Source: Candidatus Bipolaricaulota bacterium
GTDB taxonomy: Bacteria > Bipolaricaulota > Bipolaricaulia > UBA7950 > UBA9294
Direction: 5' to 3'
DNA: 64,000 nt
NCBI GenBank assembly: GCA_028277345.1
Contig: JANQGM010000023.1
Location: 7,895 to 71,894, forward strand
Shown: positions 25,897 through 39,044 of the stretch, one piece after another
Position numbering within the stretch: position 1 is the stretch's first letter
How the letters are laid out: each line of letters begins with the position of its first letter
Notes under the pieces: generated by a model
Told to the model about the DNA's origin: nothing
What the model saw: only the letters and a program-made list of their open reading frames with translations
The model's database searches: none
Position numbers and translations under genes: made by a program

Positions 25897-26463
25897 GTGC
25901 GCCAAGACAGGGCTCAAGGATCGATCGGTCAACGCATTAACGTCGTCGGCACAACGGGATCGGGCAAGACGACTTCGGCCGACATGATTGCCGAACGGCT
26001 CGGGTATCGGCGCATAGAGATGGATGCCTTATCGTGGCGTCCCAACTGGGAGCAAACGCCCCATGATGAGCTTCTTCAACTCGTCGATGATGCTACGCAG
26101 GGAGACGGATGGGTCATCGACGGCAACTACTCGAAGCTTCGCCCCATGCTTTGGCCCAAGCTGGATACGTTGATCTGGTTGGATTACAGCTTTCCACGGG
26201 TGTTTCGCCAGCTGCTGATCCGCACCATCCGGAGGTCGATCACGCGCGAAGAATTGTGGAACGGATGCCGGGAACGGTTTCGCACGTCGTTTTTCTCCAG
26301 GGACTCCATCCTGTTGTGGTGCTTGAAGACGTATTGGACGCGACGCCGCAACTACCCCGGAATCCTGGCGCGCTCCGAGCATCAGCACATCCAGATTTGG
26401 CATTTCAAGTCCCCCAAGCAATTTCGCGCGTGGCTTGAAACGCTTCCCATCACCGATCATTAA
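25897..26463 (+). CDS. P-loop kinase of the adenylate-kinase superfamily (topology-modulation-protein-like)
   Basis: GTG start behind GAGGAGG. RINVVGTTGSGKTT...LGYRRIEMDALSWRPNWEQTP...GWVIDGNY...LIWLDYSFPRV matches the Flar/topology-modulation family layout. Confidence 0.75.
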   Translation: MRQDRAQGSIGQRINVVGTTGSGKTTSADMIAERLGYRRIEMDALSWRPNWEQTPHDELLQLVDDATQGDGWVIDGNYSKLRPMLWPKLDTLIWLDYSFPRVFRQLLIRTIRRSITREELWNGCRERFRTSFFSRDSILLWCLKTYWTRRRNYPGILARSEHQHIQIWHFKSPKQFRAWLETLPITDH

Positions 26464-26548
26464 TTGGCCTTGAAGGTCCAAACAGTTGGGGGCTACCCTT
26501 CCTCCGTTTTCGCGGCTGCGAGCGTCGCAGTCCGATGAAAGGGGACTC

Positions 26549-26920
26549 ATGAAAGTCTGCATTCCCGCAGGGAGTAACGAAGGGCTCGCCAGCGAAGCCT
26601 ACGGTCACTTCGGATCCGCGCCGTTCTTTGTCATCCATGACACTGAAACAGGCGAGGCGGAGATTCTAGAGAACGCCAACCAGCATCATGCCCACGGAGC
26701 CTGCCAGCCCCTGAAGGCACTTGATGGACGGACGGTGGATGCCATCATCGTCGGTGGAATCGGCGTTCGCGCCATCACCAAGCTCAATGCCTCCGGGATT
26801 CGCGTCTATCGTTCGGCTCCTGGCACCATCGAATCCAACTTGAACGCGTTCGCGCACCAAGATCTGCTAGAATTGTCTCCCGACGCCGGTTGCCAACAAC
26901 ACGGCGGATGCGATCACTAG
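26549..26920 (+). CDS. NifX/NifB-C-terminal-like (dinitrogenase FeMo-cofactor-binding fold) protein
   Basis: MKVCIPAGSNEGLASEAYGHFGSAPFFVIHDTETGE...IIVGGIGVRAITKLNASGIRVY is the characteristic pattern. ORF-track start 26486 is an extension. Confidence 0.8.
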   Translation: MKVCIPAGSNEGLASEAYGHFGSAPFFVIHDTETGEAEILENANQHHAHGACQPLKALDGRTVDAIIVGGIGVRAITKLNASGIRVYRSAPGTIESNLNAFAHQDLLELSPDAGCQQHGGCDH

Positions 26921-26939
26921 ATCGTACAAAGGAGGCGCC

Positions 26940-27503
26940 ATGACCGTTCAGTTCGAAGCGCCAGGCACTGCGAATACGGATGCCGTCATTCGGTGCGTGC
27001 TTGAGCGGATAGAGAAGGGCGATATCGAGCACGTTGTGGTGGCCACGACCACCGGTGACACGGGCGTGCGGTTCATGGAGGCGCTGAGGGAATCTCAGGT
27101 GCAGTTGATCTGCGTTACGCATCATATGGGGTTCCGCGAGCCCAATCAGATTGAGCTGGAGCCCATGCTATCGTCCCAACTGCGCGAAGGCGGCGCCCGC
27201 ATCCTGACGATGTCGCATGCGCTCTCAGGCGTAGGACGTTCGGTATCGAGAAAATTCGGCGGCATCTCTATTCCCGAGTTGATCGCCAACACGCTTCGCT
27301 TATTTGGCCAAGGGATGAAGGTTTGCGTCGAGATTGCGGTAATGGCTGCGGATGCAGGGCATGTGCCCGCTGGCCGCGACATCATTTGCGTCGGAGGCAG
27401 CGGACGGGGGGCGGATGCCGCCGCCGTCCTTCGCGCGGCAACGATGAACGCCTTCTTCGATCTGAAGGTTCGCGAACTCCTTTGCTGGCCTAAACTGCCA
27501 TAG
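26940..27503 (+). CDS. Pyruvate kinase alpha/beta (C-terminal) domain-like protein
   Basis: 187 aa behind AAAGGAGG. N-terminus FEAPGTANTDAVIRCVLERIEKGDIEHVVVATTTGDTG resembles stand-alone PK_C-like proteins. Confidence 0.55.
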   Translation: MTVQFEAPGTANTDAVIRCVLERIEKGDIEHVVVATTTGDTGVRFMEALRESQVQLICVTHHMGFREPNQIELEPMLSSQLREGGARILTMSHALSGVGRSVSRKFGGISIPELIANTLRLFGQGMKVCVEIAVMAADAGHVPAGRDIICVGGSGRGADAAAVLRAATMNAFFDLKVRELLCWPKLP

Positions 27504-27510
27504 TTCAAGC

Positions 27511-28698
27511 ATGCGCGAACCGAACGAATCTTTTGCGTGGAAGGAACGCTTTCAGCTGGATCCGGATGTCGCCTTCTTGAATCACGGATCATTCGGAGCA
27601 TGTCCCAAGCCGGTGTTCGCCGAGTACCAGCGCATCCAGCGTGAATTGGAGCTTCAACCCGTGCGATTCTTGGGGCGCGAGTTCCGCGATCGAATGGCGG
27701 CGGCACGGACGGCCTTGGCCGAATACGTGGGCGCGGACGCCGATGATCTCGTCTACGTGCCCAACACGACGACAGGCCTGAATATGGCTGCACAATCGAT
27801 TGCGCTTCGCCCCGGCGATGAGGTCCTCGCCACCGATCATGAGTACGGCGCGCTCGATCGAATGTGGAGATTCTTGTGCCAGAAAGCAGGCGCACACTAC
27901 GTGCGGGCTCCGATCTCAGTGCCTATCCTGTCTGCTGAGCACGTTGTAGAAGAGGTTTGGTCGCACATCACCGATCGGACGCGCGTGTTGTTCATCAGCC
28001 ACATCACCTCGCCGACCGCGCTGATCCTTCCCATTCAGCCCCTTATCGAGCGTGCACGAGACGCAGGGATCACAACGGTGGTCGACGGGGCGCATGCGCC
28101 CGGTCAGATTTCGCTGAATCTTGATGAACTGGGGGCGGACATCTACTCGGGCAATTGCCACAAGTGGATGTTGGCGCCAAAGGGATCCGGCTTCTTGCAT
28201 GTACGCCGGGGAATCCAGTGCATGATTGATCCGCTCGTGGTTTCGTGGGGTTGGGAATCGGATGAACCCAGTGGATCGCAGTTCGTCGATTATCACGAAT
28301 GGCAAGGCACGCGTGACATCTCCGCGTTCTTGGCCGTGCCCACCGCCATCGACTTCATGCAGAACAACGATTGGACGTCGGTGCGTTCCCGATGCCACAC
28401 GCTCCTCTCGGAGTTCGTTCCTCAGTGGCTGGAGGCCACGGGAGAGGATGCGCTCGCTTCGCTCTCTCCGAAATGGCTCGCTCAGATGGCGACAATCGCG
28501 ATCCCGACATCCCGTTGGGAGGCCTTCAAGGCCGCGCTCTACGACGGGTATGGCGTTGAAGCGCCAACGATATGGTGGAACGACCGCACGCTCCTTCGCA
28601 TCTCGGTCAACGCCTACAACGATCGCGCCGACCTGGAGCGATTGACGGCCGCCTTGCATGAGTTGATTCCGCAATTCCGAGAAGAAGCGTCCGCGTGA
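27511..28698 (+). CDS. Class V aminotransferase (isopenicillin-N-epimerase / cysteine desulfurase-like)
   Basis: 395 aa. FLNHGSFGACP, ISHITSPTALILP, VDGAHAPGQ, SGNCHKWMLAPKGSGFL (PLP lysine in HK). Confidence 0.85.
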   Translation: MREPNESFAWKERFQLDPDVAFLNHGSFGACPKPVFAEYQRIQRELELQPVRFLGREFRDRMAAARTALAEYVGADADDLVYVPNTTTGLNMAAQSIALRPGDEVLATDHEYGALDRMWRFLCQKAGAHYVRAPISVPILSAEHVVEEVWSHITDRTRVLFISHITSPTALILPIQPLIERARDAGITTVVDGAHAPGQISLNLDELGADIYSGNCHKWMLAPKGSGFLHVRRGIQCMIDPLVVSWGWESDEPSGSQFVDYHEWQGTRDISAFLAVPTAIDFMQNNDWTSVRSRCHTLLSEFVPQWLEATGEDALASLSPKWLAQMATIAIPTSRWEAFKAALYDGYGVEAPTIWWNDRTLLRISVNAYNDRADLERLTAALHELIPQFREEASA

Positions 28699-29522
28699 CT
28701 TCGTGCGATGATCGTACGGTCGTGTTCCATCAGGGAAGGGTGCTTTCCCGCCCGGAGCGCGGCGAGGCGGCCCTCGAAATCACACGATCGGCCCTGGAGG
28801 CTCTCGGCCTTCGATTCGATCGCTCGATTCCCGTTGATGTGAACAACGCCCCGCATCTCTTTGTCCAAGAGGTCGAGGACGAGTACCTAGCCGCGCAGCT
28901 TGAGGAGCACTTTTCCGCCCGATTCCAGGATTTTCGGCGTTTCCCGAACAGGCTCGATGAACGAGTCTGGAACCGGCTCAGCCGCGCCCGAGCCCTGCTG
29001 GAATGGCATCGCGCCTACGGCTACTGTCCCCGATGCGGTTCTCCAACACTCGCTCGTTCGAATGGCGGGGAGCGAGACTGCACGAACCCTGAGTGCGGAA
29101 CCCTTCACTTCCCTCGAACCGATGCAGCCATCATCGTGCGTGTTGTGCACGACGACCGCTGTTTGCTCGCTCGACAACCTCGATTCCAGCCCGGCGTACG
29201 CTCCGTGTTGGCCGGATTTCTCGAACCGGGTGAGAGGTTGGAAGGCGCTGTTCGTCGCGAAGTCATGGAGGAAGTCGGCTTAACCTTGACGACGATCGAC
29301 TACTTCGGGTCGCAGCCCTGGCCCTTTCCCATGAACCTGATGGTTGGTTTCACCGCCGCTGCCAAGTTTCCTTGCCTCTGTCTGGATGGAGAGGAAGTCG
29401 AGGCAGCAGATTGGTACACGCGGGAGCAAGTCCACGATGACCTCGCTTCCGGGGCCTTGGTTCTTCCCAGCACGAACTCCATCTCTCGCCGCCTGATCGA
29501 AAGCTCGCTGCAAGATCTCTAG
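28695..29522 (+). CDS. nudC: NAD(+) diphosphatase (NADH pyrophosphatase), Nudix family
   Basis: Zinc ribbon CPRCGSPT...CTNPECG followed by the Nudix box GFLEPGERLEGAVRREVMEEVGL and SQPWPFP. GTG start overlaps the previous stop. Confidence 0.85.
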   Translation: MTSCDDRTVVFHQGRVLSRPERGEAALEITRSALEALGLRFDRSIPVDVNNAPHLFVQEVEDEYLAAQLEEHFSARFQDFRRFPNRLDERVWNRLSRARALLEWHRAYGYCPRCGSPTLARSNGGERDCTNPECGTLHFPRTDAAIIVRVVHDDRCLLARQPRFQPGVRSVLAGFLEPGERLEGAVRREVMEEVGLTLTTIDYFGSQPWPFPMNLMVGFTAAAKFPCLCLDGEEVEAADWYTREQVHDDLASGALVLPSTNSISRRLIESSLQDL

Positions 29523-29550
29523 GGAAGCGCCGCCTACTAGAAACGGGTCG

Positions 29551-30222
29551 CTAGCCAATGCCCTTCTCTCGAGTCGCCTCGACGATGTCTGCCAATGCCT
29601 GAAAATCGCAGATCCGATGATCCACATCCTCTGCTTCGTTGGCAGAGGCAAACCCATATGAGGTTGCGACGACGACACATCCGGTCGCTCGTCCGGCAAT
29701 GAAGTCGTGATGCCGATCGCCAATCATGAAGGCGCATTTCGGTTCAAATTCAGCAAGAAGCTCGCGAATCATCTCGGTCTTGGATTGTCCTGCATCGCCA
29801 TGGGTCTTGATTCCGTCGAACTGATCGTAAAGATCAAACTTGCCGAGTACCGCCTTGGTATAGGGGACGTCGCCATTTGTACAGATCGCGAGTCTGTAGT
29901 CACGCTGTTTGAAGTGTCTCAAGGTCGTTTCGACACCGGGATACAGCTCTCCACCCTCCGCGATGGTCGTGTGCTCATAGGTGGCGATATCGTGCGCCAG
30001 ATCCTCTTCTGTGCCTTCGAAGCCCTGTTCCTGAAGCCAGGCCAAGAAGCATGAGAACGTGTCCCCGACCTTGCTGAGAACGGCTTCGTCGCCTGGATAG
30101 GGGATGCCGTGCTGACGGTAGGCTTCCTTCATCGTGGGAATGAACGAGGATTGGGTACGATACAACGTGCCATCCAGATCGAAGATGAGGAGCATGTCTC
30201 TTGGCGCCAGTGAGGAAGTCAT
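29551..30222 (-). CDS. HAD-superfamily hydrolase (phosphoglycolate phosphatase-like)
   Basis: LLIFDLDGTLY (motif I), ICTNG (motif II), FMIGDRHHD (motif IV). Confidence 0.8.
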   Translation of the reverse strand: MTSSLAPRDMLLIFDLDGTLYRTQSSFIPTMKEAYRQHGIPYPGDEAVLSKVGDTFSCFLAWLQEQGFEGTEEDLAHDIATYEHTTIAEGGELYPGVETTLRHFKQRDYRLAICTNGDVPYTKAVLGKFDLYDQFDGIKTHGDAGQSKTEMIRELLAEFEPKCAFMIGDRHHDFIAGRATGCVVVATSYGFASANEAEDVDHRICDFQALADIVEATREKGIG

Positions 30223-30375
30223 GGGCGAGAGGGTACAACGACTGATGTGAAAAGGCGAGGCAAACGCGGCGGCCGCCCCCCATCAATGCTGCCGCATTAA
30301 AGAGTGCAGCAGAGCCTGGAACAGGCGGGAACGCTATCGGCGATTCCAGCCAGCGTCACCTCCCACCCCAATCGT

Positions 30376-30534
30376 TCAAACTGGTCCACAAGCAAGAGCG
30401 TATTCGCGCCATAGGGCGAGGCCAGCATAGAAAAAACTTGAATCCCATTCGAGAGATCGGGGACCGCCCCCCCATTGGAACATCACAAGCACAAAACCCA
30501 ACCCTAAGGCACAGCCGCCGAAAAAACCACGCAT
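30376..30534 (-). CDS. Possible 52-aa membrane peptide
   Basis: Internal ATG 30534 behind AAAGGAG gives MRGFFGGCALGLGFVLVMFQWGGG.... The longer 81-aa version lacks an RBS. No family recognised. Confidence 0.3.
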   Translation of the reverse strand: MRGFFGGCALGLGFVLVMFQWGGGPRSLEWDSSFFYAGLALWREYALACGPV

Positions 30535-30684
30535 ACGACTCCTTTCATCCTCCGATACCCGTTCCCCCTGGCCAAGCTTGCCGGCATGCCGTTGCACCGA
30601 CATTTCGATCCGGGAAGACACCTTCTTGTGCCATTCGGTGTAGGCTTAGCGTAGTGAACGTGTCGCCGTCATGAGGAGGGGCGA

Positions 30685-31569
30685 ATGAACAGAGTCGTTG
30701 GAACGATTGGAGCGTTGATCCTGTCCATCGCGATCGGATGCTCGGGAGTCGAGTGGAAGGAAATCGATGGCGGAGCCACTGTCGTCACGGACAGGGGTTC
30801 CGGGCTTCCAGCCGTGGCCTTCAATGCCACTGTAGCCTACGATAACGTTCCCGCGAAGATGGCACTGCGAATCAGCTGGCAGGTCTTCGTCATCGACGAC
30901 GGAACCCGCACGCTGATTGACAGCTATTCGCGAGAGCGGCCGCAGTCGGTGGCCATGCCGGCCATTTCTACGATATCTCCGCGTGTCTCCATCGAGGCGG
31001 GCAAACGTTACGAGGGCCAGGTCGTTTTGGAGGATCTAGAGAACTCGATTGTTTTCCGGAGAACCTATTCCTACGACGTAGCTCTTGCGTTCCCCATCGC
31101 TCTTCGCTTGGTGGATTGGAACGGCTCAGAAGAAGCCGATCTCTCGAATCTCTCGGATGGAGAGATCCAAGAGCTCGCACAGATGGCCAAGGATATCCGA
31201 ACCTACGAGGTACTAGCAGAAGGTGTGAATCTTGCCCAGCTGTTCGCAAACCATGCACCAGCTGATGGAGACTATCCTGTGGCCGTGCTCCTGTTGCCGG
31301 ACACCGGCATCAGCGGCAACTGGGGGACAGCAGCCCAGCCCATCACGGCAACGTTTGGACTCTCCGCTTTGGTCTATGCCATCGACAGCAGGGATGCGGT
31401 GACCGGATACCTGCAGCAATTGTCCGCTGATGAGCACGTCTTTGTAGGCACGGCCTATGCAGGACCAATCGGGGATCATCTTGGACAAGGCCATGTCGTC
31501 TTCGTCCACAATGCCATGAACGTCATCCTCGAAGCAGCCATTGCCGAGCGTACGTCTAGGGAGATCTAG
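30685..31569 (+). CDS. Lipoprotein of unknown function
   Basis: GAGGAGG RBS. MNRVVGTIGALILSIAIGCSG has a lipobox. 294 aa with no recognised domain. Confidence 0.6.
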   Translation: MNRVVGTIGALILSIAIGCSGVEWKEIDGGATVVTDRGSGLPAVAFNATVAYDNVPAKMALRISWQVFVIDDGTRTLIDSYSRERPQSVAMPAISTISPRVSIEAGKRYEGQVVLEDLENSIVFRRTYSYDVALAFPIALRLVDWNGSEEADLSNLSDGEIQELAQMAKDIRTYEVLAEGVNLAQLFANHAPADGDYPVAVLLLPDTGISGNWGTAAQPITATFGLSALVYAIDSRDAVTGYLQQLSADEHVFVGTAYAGPIGDHLGQGHVVFVHNAMNVILEAAIAERTSREI

Positions 31570-32066
31570 CTGTTCGATTTGTTGCGCGTATGATCGCGCA
31601 TGAACCACAGATCGTGAAAGTACGGATCATCCCCACCGTCTGGAAACCGTTGCCACGTCTTGTCGTCATCACGCTCGTCGAAGAACGGCGCCGTCTCCTC
31701 GACGATATTGCCTTCCGGATCAAGGAGCCGGAAGACGTGAGGTTCGCCGTTTCTCAACCGGAGTCCGGGATAGACAAAGACGTATCGTCCGCCAGAGGGG
31801 ATGATGGTAGAGGTCTCGGCGATCTCGAGGTAGCCCTCACTGCGATAAGAGTACGAGATTCGCCAACCAAGAAGATCGATCGCTTGATCGGTTGGGTTGA
31901 GCAACTCGACCCACTCCCGATCCGAGTCGACTCCAGGCGGGTTGATCTCGATTTCATTGATCAGCAAGTGCCTCTCTGTTTGGGGTTCCGTCTGTCCGGC
32001 CGCCATTGCCGCCCCCCACACGACAACGGACGCCACGAGTAAACCCGTTATCATCAAACGCTTCAT
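31566..32066 (-). CDS. Lamin-tail-domain (LTD) secreted protein
   Basis: Start MKRLMITGLLVASVVVWGAAMA (signal peptide). LLINEIEINPPGVDSDREWVELLNPTDQAIDLLGWRI is the LTD signature. Convergent 4-nt stop overlap with 30685-31569. Confidence 0.75.
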   Translation of the reverse strand: MKRLMITGLLVASVVVWGAAMAAGQTEPQTERHLLINEIEINPPGVDSDREWVELLNPTDQAIDLLGWRISYSYRSEGYLEIAETSTIIPSGGRYVFVYPGLRLRNGEPHVFRLLDPEGNIVEETAPFFDERDDDKTWQRFPDGGDDPYFHDLWFMRDHTRNKSNS

Positions 32067-32301
32067 CACGATCACCCTGCCCTTGCCCACTCTACCACCG
32101 ATCGTAGCCGAAGTTTCATCAGCCCTCCCCTACCCCATCGGACACCCGGTTCCAGGACCTTGATCGTACCAAAGTTGTCGCTTGGGGTGGCATCGAGAAA
32201 CCTGATTCCGCTTCCCTGCCATCCCCTTGGACTCTCCTCTGATCCGGCGCTGTGCGCACTGTCCTTGACGCGCCCAATACCAACGGGTAGCCTGAGGAAT
32301 C

Positions 32302-32778
32302 ATGGCACGCACACGCTACCTAGCTCTAGCCATCTTACTTCTTCTTATCGACCGGTTGACCAAATGGTGGGTTTTCACCCATCTGGAGTTCGGCCGACCC
32401 AATAACCTGATTGGCAATGTCATTCGCCTGACGCGCGTCCACAACGAAGGAGGCGCCTTCGGGATTTTTCCGGGAGGCGGGGTGGTCTTCTTGATCGTCT
32501 CCAGCGTCGTCTCCGTCATCCTGCTCCTGATCCTGCTTACGATGCATATCGACAGTCGCTTGATTCGAACCGGCATGGCCTTTGTCTTGGCGGGTGCTGT
32601 CGGCAACCTCGTCGATCGGATTCAGTGGGGATACGTGCTTGACTTCTTTGAATTCAGGGGCTTTCCCATCTTCAATGTCGCCGATGCCTGCATTACGGTA
32701 GGCGCCGTTTTTATCATCCTGTCCATTCTGTTTGGAGGTGAGCGCGATCGATCTACGAGGAAAGCTGATCGCGTTTGA
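32302..32778 (+). CDS. lspA: Lipoprotein signal peptidase (signal peptidase II)
   Basis: 158 aa. DRLTKWWV, LTRVHNEGGAFG, GGAVGNLVDRI, VLDFF...FPIFNVAD are the LspA conserved blocks. Confidence 0.9.
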   Translation: MARTRYLALAILLLLIDRLTKWWVFTHLEFGRPNNLIGNVIRLTRVHNEGGAFGIFPGGGVVFLIVSSVVSVILLLILLTMHIDSRLIRTGMAFVLAGAVGNLVDRIQWGYVLDFFEFRGFPIFNVADACITVGAVFIILSILFGGERDRSTRKADRV

Positions 32779-33361
32779 GGGGCTGGACGCCTGTGGAAAA
32801 TCGACACAGGAGCGGCGGCTGATCCGCCGTTTGGATGAAGCGGGCTACGACGTTGTCAGCACGGTTGAACCAGGCGGAACGACGATCGGGGACGCGGCAC
32901 GAGCGATCGTCCTCTCCAAGCCCGGGGCCTATCATGCGATGATTCCCTTCTCCGAGCTCCTGTTGTTCATGATCAGCCGTGCCCAGAACACGCATGAGGT
33001 CATTCGCCCGGCGATGGAGGCCGGCAAAACGGTGATCGTGTCGCGCTATCGCATGTCGAGCGAGGCCTACCAAGGCTATGGGCGCGGGATGGACCTTGAC
33101 TTGATCCGTACGCTCAACGATCACGCAACGGAGAACCTCCATCCCGATTTAACCTTTTTCATCAATGTGCCCGCCGAGACAGCGGTGCGGCGGAAAAAAT
33201 CCGAGCATGATCGCATCGAAATCGAAGCCTTGGCCTTTCATGAGCGCGTTCGGCACGGCTTTCTTGAGCTCGTGGCGCAAGATCCCCATGCCGTTGTCAT
33301 CGATGGAGACCGGCCGCCCGAGCAGATTGAGGAGGATGTGGCACGATATCTTCAACTTTGA
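32732..33361 (+). CDS. tmk: Thymidylate kinase
   Basis: GKLIAFEGLDACGKSTQ P-loop, EPGGT, DRY-like SRYRMSS, lid region. The ORF-track start is TTG 32732, overlapping lspA by 47 nt. The exact start is uncertain. Confidence 0.88.
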   Translation: MEVSAIDLRGKLIAFEGLDACGKSTQERRLIRRLDEAGYDVVSTVEPGGTTIGDAARAIVLSKPGAYHAMIPFSELLLFMISRAQNTHEVIRPAMEAGKTVIVSRYRMSSEAYQGYGRGMDLDLIRTLNDHATENLHPDLTFFINVPAETAVRRKKSEHDRIEIEALAFHERVRHGFLELVAQDPHAVVIDGDRPPEQIEEDVARYLQL

Positions 33362-33425
33362 TTTTGTCGCCTGCCGAGGGATTGGAGTAAGATGAGTTCG
33401 ACGTTTCTGTATAGGGGGAGGATTC

Positions 33426-34577
33426 ATGGACCTTGTATGTCAAAAGAATGATCTCGTTTTCGGCGTCCGGCTCGCCAGCCATGCACTCGGCACGCGCAGT
33501 AGTATGCCGATTCTCGCCGGACTGAAACTGGAAATCGAAGGCAATCAGCTTCGTTTGTTGGCAACCGACCTGGAACGCGCCGTCCGTTGTGAGATTCCAA
33601 TCGAGAACAAGGCCGGAGACGAATCCATTGTTCTCAACGGTTCCGTGTTCAATCAGATCGCCTCGCACCTTCCCCCGGATGAGCGGATCAGCCTGACCAG
33701 CAAAGCCGAAGACGGTACGTCCATCCAAGTGCGGTGTGGCGAGGTCACCTTCGACCTCCCGACGCTTCCAGCTGAGGAGTATCCGGAAATGGCGCCGCTG
33801 CCGTCATCGAAGACAGCGAGCGTTTCCATCGCTCAGTTCCAGCGAGGGCTGAATCAGACGGTGTTCGCCGCGAAGAAGGCAGGGCAGACCACCCGGCTGA
33901 ATTTGACTGGCGTGAACCTCGTCTTGAAGTCCGATCATCTTAAGTTGGTGACGACGGATGGCTACCGGCTCGCCATGAAGACGCTGCCCATCCAGGATAC
34001 GAAAGAAGAGGGCGAGTATCTGATCGATGGCGGCATCCTCTCTGATCTCGATCGTGTGCTTTCTCAGCTGCAGGCCGATACCGTTGAGCTTTACCGAGGA
34101 GAGGGCCAACTCTTCTTCCAAGCCGCCGGGGTGACGTTCATGGCTCGGACGATTGCCGAGGAGTTCCCGGACTTCGATCGCGTCATTCCCAAGAACAACC
34201 AGATTTCCTTGATCTTTGACCGCAAGGCGTTGCTGGAAGCCCTTCAACGCATTGAGATTACGGCCGCCGAAGACTCTGGGGCGGTTTCCATGGAGGCGCT
34301 GCCGAACGAGTCCGCCGTCATCGTTGCCTCGTCTTCGCGAGACAAGGGTGAAGCTGAGGAGCGCGTGCGCTTGCAAAACGTCCCGACCGAAGGGATCAAG
34401 ATCGCCTTCAATGCCAGCCTGGTCATCGATGGACTCAAACATCTGGCCTCGGATGAAGTGGGTTTCTGGTTGGCTGCGCCGTTGCAAGCGGCGTTGATGG
34501 AGCCGGCGGGAGAGAAGATCCCGGACTCCGATCACGGATTCCTCTATGTCTGCATGCCCGTCAATTTGAGCAACTAG
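33426..34577 (+). CDS. dnaN: DNA polymerase III beta subunit (sliding clamp)
   Basis: 383 aa behind GGGGGAGG. SSMPILAGLKLEIEGNQLRLLATDLE, three-domain length, C-terminal MPV. Typical DnaN. Confidence 0.92.
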   Translation: MDLVCQKNDLVFGVRLASHALGTRSSMPILAGLKLEIEGNQLRLLATDLERAVRCEIPIENKAGDESIVLNGSVFNQIASHLPPDERISLTSKAEDGTSIQVRCGEVTFDLPTLPAEEYPEMAPLPSSKTASVSIAQFQRGLNQTVFAAKKAGQTTRLNLTGVNLVLKSDHLKLVTTDGYRLAMKTLPIQDTKEEGEYLIDGGILSDLDRVLSQLQADTVELYRGEGQLFFQAAGVTFMARTIAEEFPDFDRVIPKNNQISLIFDRKALLEALQRIEITAAEDSGAVSMEALPNESAVIVASSSRDKGEAEERVRLQNVPTEGIKIAFNASLVIDGLKHLASDEVGFWLAAPLQAALMEPAGEKIPDSDHGFLYVCMPVNLSN

Positions 34578-34605
34578 CGCACCAACGAACGATGGAAGAA
34601 TCGAC

Positions 34606-34640
34606 GAAGCAACGCCCTAAGGGGCGTTGCTTCTTTCATG
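34606..34640. terminator. Bidirectional intrinsic terminator between dnaN and alaS
   Basis: gaagcaacgccc (34606-34617), taag loop, gggcgttgcttc (34622-34633): a perfect 12-bp stem. Followed by TTTC on the plus strand and preceded by an A-containing tract for the minus strand. Confidence 0.7.
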
Positions 34641-34653
34641 CTTCAAGGCCGCG

Positions 34654-38668
<4,015 letters not shown>

Positions 38669-38686
38669 CCAGTTCCGGGGGGGAAG

Positions 38687-39043
38687 ATGGTAGGGGGTCG
38701 GCATACCCGCACACGCATCGGGGAAACCCGGCGACGTCATCGCACGCAACGCAACAGCGTCCTTTGGATCCTGTTGGGTTGTGCGGTTGTATTCGGGGGG
38801 CTGATCGCCCTGTTCACCGTCCGGAGCGTTCGCATCCTGAACCTTCGGCAGCAACTGGAGCATTCCATCGCTTCGCGCGATGCGGCATTGGTCGATCGTG
38901 TGGATCTTGAAGAACGTCTTGCCATGCGTGACGACCTCTCCGAGATTGAGGATGCGGCTCGCGAACGATTGGGATGGGTGTTGCCGGGCGAGGAACGCGT
39001 GATCTTTATCGAACCGCCGACAGCATCAAACGAGGGGGAGTAG
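38687..39043 (+). CDS. ftsB: Septum formation initiator family protein (FtsB/DivIC-like)
   Basis: 118 aa: basic N-terminus, one TM helix (VLWILLGCAVVFGGLIALF), coiled coil, and the C-terminal IEDAARERLGWVLPGEERVIF typical of FtsB/DivIC. Confidence 0.7.
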   Translation: MVGGRHTRTRIGETRRRHRTQRNSVLWILLGCAVVFGGLIALFTVRSVRILNLRQQLEHSIASRDAALVDRVDLEERLAMRDDLSEIEDAARERLGWVLPGEERVIFIEPPTASNEGE

Positions 39044-39044
39044 G

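Noticed and set aside
33362-33425. Possible oriC or DnaA boxes upstream of dnaN
   Set aside because: No TTATCCACA-like 9-mers or AT-rich unwinding element are visible in this 64-nt spacer or nearby spacers.
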